From the IMG/VR virus record IMGVR_UViG_3300012041_000056, positions 1 to 27,994 of that record: DNA of 27,994 nucleotides; one strand, given 5' to 3'. Made by a program: the position numbers and the translations under genes. Positions 23,939 through 27,994 of the stretch are shown here, in pieces (positions within the stretch are counted from its first letter, which is position 1; each line of letters begins with the position of its first letter). The notes under the pieces are model-generated. The model was not told the origin of the DNA. It saw only the letters and a program-made list of their open reading frames with translations, and ran no database searches. The stretch comes from a virus (taxonomy: Duplodnaviria; Caudoviricetes).

Positions 23939-24525
23939 GCGAAGGGCACTCGATGACGCCCGACGAGCGTCTGCAGGGTGAACGGGAGCTCCTGCGGGGT
24001 GAGGCCCGCGCCGATGACCACCGCCTCGCGGTTCTCGTGCCAGTGGCCGACGAGGAGCTTGATCGCGTGGATCGCCGTCTTCGGGATCGCCTGGCGGAGC
24101 GCGTGGCCGACGTTGACGCACACCTCCACGGGCTGCAGGCGGAATCCGGTGACCGGGTAGGTCTCGCCGTAGACCGGGCGGATCCGTGGCACCAGGCCGG
24201 CGAAGTCCGCCTCGTAGAGGAGGCCGGACCAGGTCTGCTGCACCCGGTCGACGTCGTAGTACTTGATGTACTCGACCGAGACGAGCGGCCGCCAGGGCAG
24301 CTCGATCGGCCCGCACGGGAAGTGCTCGAGGTAGAGCGAGCGCTGTTGCGTGAGCATGAAGAAGCCGGTCTGCCCCTCGAACCATTCGCGCGCGGCGGTG
24401 AGCTGCACGGCGAGGTCCGCGTCGCCGTCGTCGATGTCCTGGTCGATGCGCAGATGGTCCTTGATCTCGTCCATGAGGATCGGCTCGCCGGCCGGGCCGC
24501 TGACGAGTTTCCCGGCGCCGATCAT
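23935..24525 (-). CDS. head-tail connector (HK97 gp6 / phiE125 gp8-like)
   Basis: ATG 24525; P..EPI...EIKDHLRID...AARE..E..TG...IELP..PLVSV..IKY.D...AIKLLVGHWHENREAV. Confidence 0.9.
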   Translation of the reverse strand: MIGAGKLVSGPAGEPILMDEIKDHLRIDQDIDDGDADLAVQLTAAREWFEGQTGFFMLTQQRSLYLEHFPCGPIELPWRPLVSVEYIKYYDVDRVQQTWSGLLYEADFAGLVPRIRPVYGETYPVTGFRLQPVEVCVNVGHALRQAIPKTAIHAIKLLVGHWHENREAVVIGAGLTPQELPFTLQTLVGRHRVPFA

Positions 24526-24830
24526 GCCTCGGGCCCGGAGTCGCGGACGAAGAAGCGGCCGTCGCCGGCGGCCTTGATGAGCCCCGCGCCGTGCCAGCGC
24601 CACCGGTACATGCCGGGATCCTCCGCGGTGTAGTCGATGTAGTACTGCCCGGTTGAGGACTTCACCATCCCGCCGTCGGGGCTCCCGCCGTAGACGTACT
24701 CGAGCACGGTGCCGTCTGGCTGCTCGAGCTGGAAGGTGATCGTGCTCGGGTCGGCGAGCACCGAGGAGAGGTTATAGAACGAGCCGGACACGCGGATCGT
24801 CTGGCCTTCGTCGTAGGTGTCGAGCGCCAT
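24522..24830 (-). CDS. 102-aa beta-sandwich virion protein (Ig/BppU-like)
   Basis: ATG 24830 (TGATG coupling); YDEGQTIRVS..F...ADPSTIT...PDGT...STGQYYIDY...GMYRWRW. Confidence 0.7.
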   Translation of the reverse strand: MALDTYDEGQTIRVSGSFYNLSSVLADPSTITFQLEQPDGTVLEYVYGGSPDGGMVKSSTGQYYIDYTAEDPGMYRWRWHGAGLIKAAGDGRFFVRDSGPEA

Positions 24831-25021
24831 CACTCCACCGGCGGGTCGAGGTCGGAGGTGACGGTGCCGACGGCCGCGCTCGTGCTCGTGACCGAGCCGC
24901 CGACGCGGGTGCTCGTCGAGGTGACGTAGCCGGGCTGCGGGAGGACCGGCGCGCCGCTCCCGCCGTCGCCCCAGTAGCGCGGGCCGAAGTGGCGGGCACC
25001 GAAGAACCGATGGCCGAACAT
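24830..25021 (-). CDS. 63-aa protein with FG-repeat N-terminus and Ser/Thr-rich tail
   Basis: MFGHRFFGARHFGPRYWG...VTSTSTRVGGSVTSTSAAVGTVTS; abuts both neighbours. Confidence 0.65.
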   Translation of the reverse strand: MFGHRFFGARHFGPRYWGDGGSGAPVLPQPGYVTSTSTRVGGSVTSTSAAVGTVTSDLDPPVE

Positions 25022-26935
25022 TTAGGTCAGGTCGCGGGTGACGGCGGAGCGGTTGCCGTCCGCGTCGACGGTCGCGTCGATGCGGTTCTTCGTGTCGGCG
25101 AGGTCGCGGTAGAGCGCGTTGGTCGTGGCGAGGCCCGAAGCCTTGCCGCCGAGAGCCGCGTTCGCAAGGCGGATCGACTGCCGGGCAGTGACGGCACCGT
25201 CCACCGCCTCGTCCCAGATCGCGTCGGCGAGCTCGGTGCCGGCGTCGGCGGCGAACGCGTCGGCGTCGATCGCCCCGGTGGCGATCGCAGCCGCCGTGAT
25301 CGCCCCGGCCGCGATCGAGGCGACCACGACCCCGTCGGTGCCGGTGTCGAGGAGGATCGCGTCCACGATGCCGTCGATCGTGTCCACGCTGGCCTGCGAG
25401 GCGCGCGCGTCGAGGATAACGTCCAAGCGCCCGCCGTTCGCCCAGTCGGTTTGCAGCTCGTTCGTGTCGGCGAGGATGGCCGCGATCTCGGTGTCGAGGT
25501 AGCCGGCGACCGTCGCCAGGTTCGCCGCGGTGGCGAGGCCCGACTGGATCTCGGTGACCGCGTCGGCGGCCAGGGCATCCGCGTCGATCGCGTCGGTGGC
25601 GATGACGGTCGCGGTGATCGCGCCGGCGGCGAACTTCGCCGCGGTGATCGCGCCGTCGGCGATCTCGCTCGAGCCGATCGCGTTCGCCGCGATCTTCGCC
25701 GCCGTGATGGCGTCGTTCGCGAGCACCACCCCGTCGGTGCCGGTGTCGGCGAGGATCGAATCGACGATGCCGTCGACCGTGTCGAGGCTCGTCTGGCTCG
25801 CGCGGCTCGTGATGGTCGCGTTGAGGTTCGTTCCGACGATGAAGCCGGCGGTGCCGGCGCCGTACGCGCCGGGGAGGCCCGTCGTCCACGGGTCGCCGGC
25901 GGTGCCGGCCGCGGCGAGCGCTTCACCCGCCGAGCTCGCGTCCTGGTAGTAGTCGAGGTCGGCATTCCAGACGCCGTCGACGATGTCCTGCACCGTGAGG
26001 CTCGCACCGCCGGCGTTGTCGGCGATTTCCTTGACGACCGAGCCGGCGATCGCGTCGGCGTAGGTTTCGCCGCTGTCGGCGGTGAAGAATGCGGCGAGGC
26101 CGGCGGTCGACAGCGTGTAGCCGGTTTTCGAGCCCGCGGCGACGACCACGCCGTCGGTGCCGGTGTCGGCGAGAATCGCGTCCACGATGCCGTCGATCGT
26201 GTCGACGGAGGCCTGCGAGGCGCGCGCGTCGAGGATGTTGTCGAGGCGCCCGCCGTTCGCCCAGTCGGTCTGCAGCTCGTTCGTGTCGGCGAGGATCGCG
26301 GCGATCTCGGTGTCGAGGAAGTCGTCCACCGTCGCCAGTGCCGCCGCGGTGGCGAGGCCCGACTGGATCTCGGTCACGGCGTCCGCAGCCACGGCGTCCG
26401 CGTCGATCGCATCCGTCGCGATGACGGTCGCGGTGATCGCGCCGGCGGCGAACTTCGCGGCGGTGATCGCACCGTCGGCGAGCTCGCTCGAGCCGATCGC
26501 GTTCGCCGCGATCTTCGCCGCGGTGATCGCGTCGTCGATGAGCTCGACCTCCCCGCCGGTCGAGACGTCGATCGTGCGCCCGGCAGTGGTCGGCCTGAGC
26601 GCGCTGCGGTTGTTGAGCGAGAACTCCCCGATCACGACGCCGACGACCAGGATGCCGTCGACGATGCCTTCGCGGATCATCACGCAGAAGTTCGCGCCGG
26701 CGGCGTAGAAGGTGCCGTCGGCGCTCGTGTCGATCGCCCAGTAGTTGAGGCCGGTGATGCCGTCGAAGTCGGGCGTGAGCGTGATGCCCGAGTCGTCCTC
26801 GGAGACAGAGCTCCCTTTGTAGACGCGCAGGAACAGCGGCGACCCGCCGAGCGTGGCCGGCGCCCCGTCGGTGTCGCGGGTGTTGAACCAGCCCTCGACG
26901 ACGGAGCCCGGAGCGAAGTCGCCTTTGTAGGTCAT
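25022..26935 (-). CDS. 637-aa Ala/Asp/Thr-rich repeat protein, putative head fibre/decoration
   Basis: 10-residue periodic AITAAKIAAN/AIGSSELADG repeats typical of phage fibre shafts; C-terminal YRDLADTKNRIDATVDADGNR; located upstream of the connector. Confidence 0.75.
   Translation of the reverse strand: MTYKGDFAPGSVVEGWFNTRDTDGAPATLGGSPLFLRVYKGSSVSEDDSGITLTPDFDGITGLNYWAIDTSADGTFYAAGANFCVMIREGIVDGILVVGVVIGEFSLNNRSALRPTTAGRTIDVSTGGEVELIDDAITAAKIAANAIGSSELADGAITAAKFAAGAITATVIATDAIDADAVAADAVTEIQSGLATAAALATVDDFLDTEIAAILADTNELQTDWANGGRLDNILDARASQASVDTIDGIVDAILADTGTDGVVVAAGSKTGYTLSTAGLAAFFTADSGETYADAIAGSVVKEIADNAGGASLTVQDIVDGVWNADLDYYQDASSAGEALAAAGTAGDPWTTGLPGAYGAGTAGFIVGTNLNATITSRASQTSLDTVDGIVDSILADTGTDGVVLANDAITAAKIAANAIGSSEIADGAITAAKFAAGAITATVIATDAIDADALAADAVTEIQSGLATAANLATVAGYLDTEIAAILADTNELQTDWANGGRLDVILDARASQASVDTIDGIVDAILLDTGTDGVVVASIAAGAITAAAIATGAIDADAFAADAGTELADAIWDEAVDGAVTARQSIRLANAALGGKASGLATTNALYRDLADTKNRIDATVDADGNRSAVTRDLT
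25319..26533. repeat. intragenic 396-bp direct duplication (25319-25714 and 26138-26533)
   Basis: Both copies encode DAITAAKIAANAIGSS...ELQTDWANGGRLD...DTGTDGVVVA (132 aa), offset 819 bp, with few substitutions. Confidence 0.9.
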
Positions 26936-27117
26936 CCTCTCACCAATCCGTCACGAACTGCATGCCCTACGTAGACCACCCCGCCGGGGCCTGCGAGCCA
27001 GGGCGTCGGCGGTGCGGGCGCGCCACCGGCCGCCGGAAACTGAAGCCAGCCGAACGGCGCCACCCGCGTCCCGGATACCCCCTGAACCCACCCGGTCGGT
27101 GCGACGCGGGTGGTCAT
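26932..27117 (-). CDS. 61-aa hypothetical protein with duplicated TRVAPxGWxQ motif
   Basis: Starts right after the upstream TAA; ATGA overlap downstream; TRVAPTGWVQ / TRVAPFGWLQ. Confidence 0.6.
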   Translation of the reverse strand: MTTRVAPTGWVQGVSGTRVAPFGWLQFPAAGGAPAPPTPWLAGPGGVVYVGHAVRDGLVRG

Positions 27118-27993
27118 TTAATTCACCCCCCGCACGAACGGGTGCGAGTAGAGGCTCAGGCTCGGCGCGGTGATGACGACGCGCGCGCTGACGTACCCGG
27201 CCTCCGCCGGCGTGAAGGACGACGCAGGGGCGAGCTTCCCGAACCAGTTCAGCGAGCCGTGCTCGCCGGTCCACTCGCTCGTCCCAAGCGCGGAGGACGC
27301 CTGGTTCGCCGCCGCAGCGAGTCGCGCTTTGCGGTCACTCACGAACGTCAGCAGGGTGGAGCCGGAGGTGCCCTTGTACGAGAAGTCGCCGTGGATCTCG
27401 CCATCGGTGTACGCCGTGGCGGAACCGGAGCGCAGCACCTCGATCGACGGCGTGATCGCCCCGGCCGGCTCGTGATAGGCATCCATCCAGGGGCCGTAAT
27501 AAGGGCGCACGAACGAGCAGAGCGTAGTCGTGTTGTGGAACCACGACACCCCGGTCGGCTCGCCCGCGTCTCCGGTCGCGCAGTGCACCGCCGTGGAGAC
27601 GACCGTCGAGCCGAGGCTGTTGTAGTGCGCCATGCTGACGTGAACGTCGCCAGAGGAGCCGTCGAAGATGAAGACTTCGGCACCGTCGTAGACGTTGCTC
27701 GACGCGGCTACGACTGTCGCGCTCGCGTGCAGCTTCGGATTCGTGAGCCGGATTATCGGGTGCGCCGCGGTCGCGTTGGCGAAGAGCGTCCCCGAAGCAG
27801 CGCTAAGATTTGTCCCGCGCGCCTCGATAGCGGCAGCAGCGCCGAAAGACTCGAACAGCACCGTCGGCACCGTAGCACCCGCACACCAGTTGTCGCCGTC
27901 CGAGCGCCACGGGCAGCTGAGCACGAATCCCTGCCCGACGTGCCCCCACAGGACTTCCAAACCGCGACTACGGAACCACTCGTTCGGGTTCGC
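27118..27993 (-). CDS. Ser/Thr/Gly-rich putative virion protein, 5' partial
   Basis: Frame stays open to the window edge (ANPNEWFRSRGLEVLWG...); composition and position in the late operon suggest a structural role. Confidence 0.6.
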   Translation of the reverse strand, partial: ANPNEWFRSRGLEVLWGHVGQGFVLSCPWRSDGDNWCAGATVPTVLFESFGAAAAIEARGTNLSAASGTLFANATAAHPIIRLTNPKLHASATVVAASSNVYDGAEVFIFDGSSGDVHVSMAHYNSLGSTVVSTAVHCATGDAGEPTGVSWFHNTTTLCSFVRPYYGPWMDAYHEPAGAITPSIEVLRSGSATAYTDGEIHGDFSYKGTSGSTLLTFVSDRKARLAAAANQASSALGTSEWTGEHGSLNWFGKLAPASSFTPAEAGYVSARVVITAPSLSLYSHPFVRGVN

Positions 27994-27994
27994 G

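Noticed and set aside
25319-26533. Diversity-generating retroelement TR/VR pair
   Set aside because: Both copies are in frame in the same gene, differences do not appear adenine-specific, and there is no reverse transcriptase in the window.

Overview
High-GC, 28-kb segment of a temperate long-tailed (siphovirus-type) phage, probably of a beta/gamma-proteobacterial host (inferred from the pilin and sigma54/IHF/parS-type sites). The left end (1-1416, + strand) is the tail of an early operon of small genes, including an Xis/PrtN-like HTH protein, converging on a tyrosine integrase (1382-2410, -). It is followed by what looks like an intact attP (arm repeats on both sides, a tRNA-5'-end-like core, a near-perfect parS palindrome) and a complete type IVa major pilin gene with its own sigma54/IHF/enhancer promoter. 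From 27994 down to 3327 is one nearly gap-free, translationally coupled minus-strand late operon: putative head fibre/decoration genes, head-tail connector, a 7-gene glycan-synthesis cassette, head closure, tail terminator, HK97 gp10, tail tube, G/GT chaperones with a -1 frameshift, tape measure, GTA-like tail tip genes, tail fibre, a second sugar-modification cassette (Maf/DUF115-like, radical SAM, GT2), then holin-like genes, M15 endolysin and spanins. Main hypothesis: a large phage-encoded virion glycosylation system (about six glycosyltransferase-like proteins, an SDR epimerase/dehydratase, a methyltransferase and a radical SAM enzyme), with a recurrent Gly-Ser-Pro motif in structural proteins as a candidate acceptor sequon. 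All family calls are from motif recognition by eye, not database searches.
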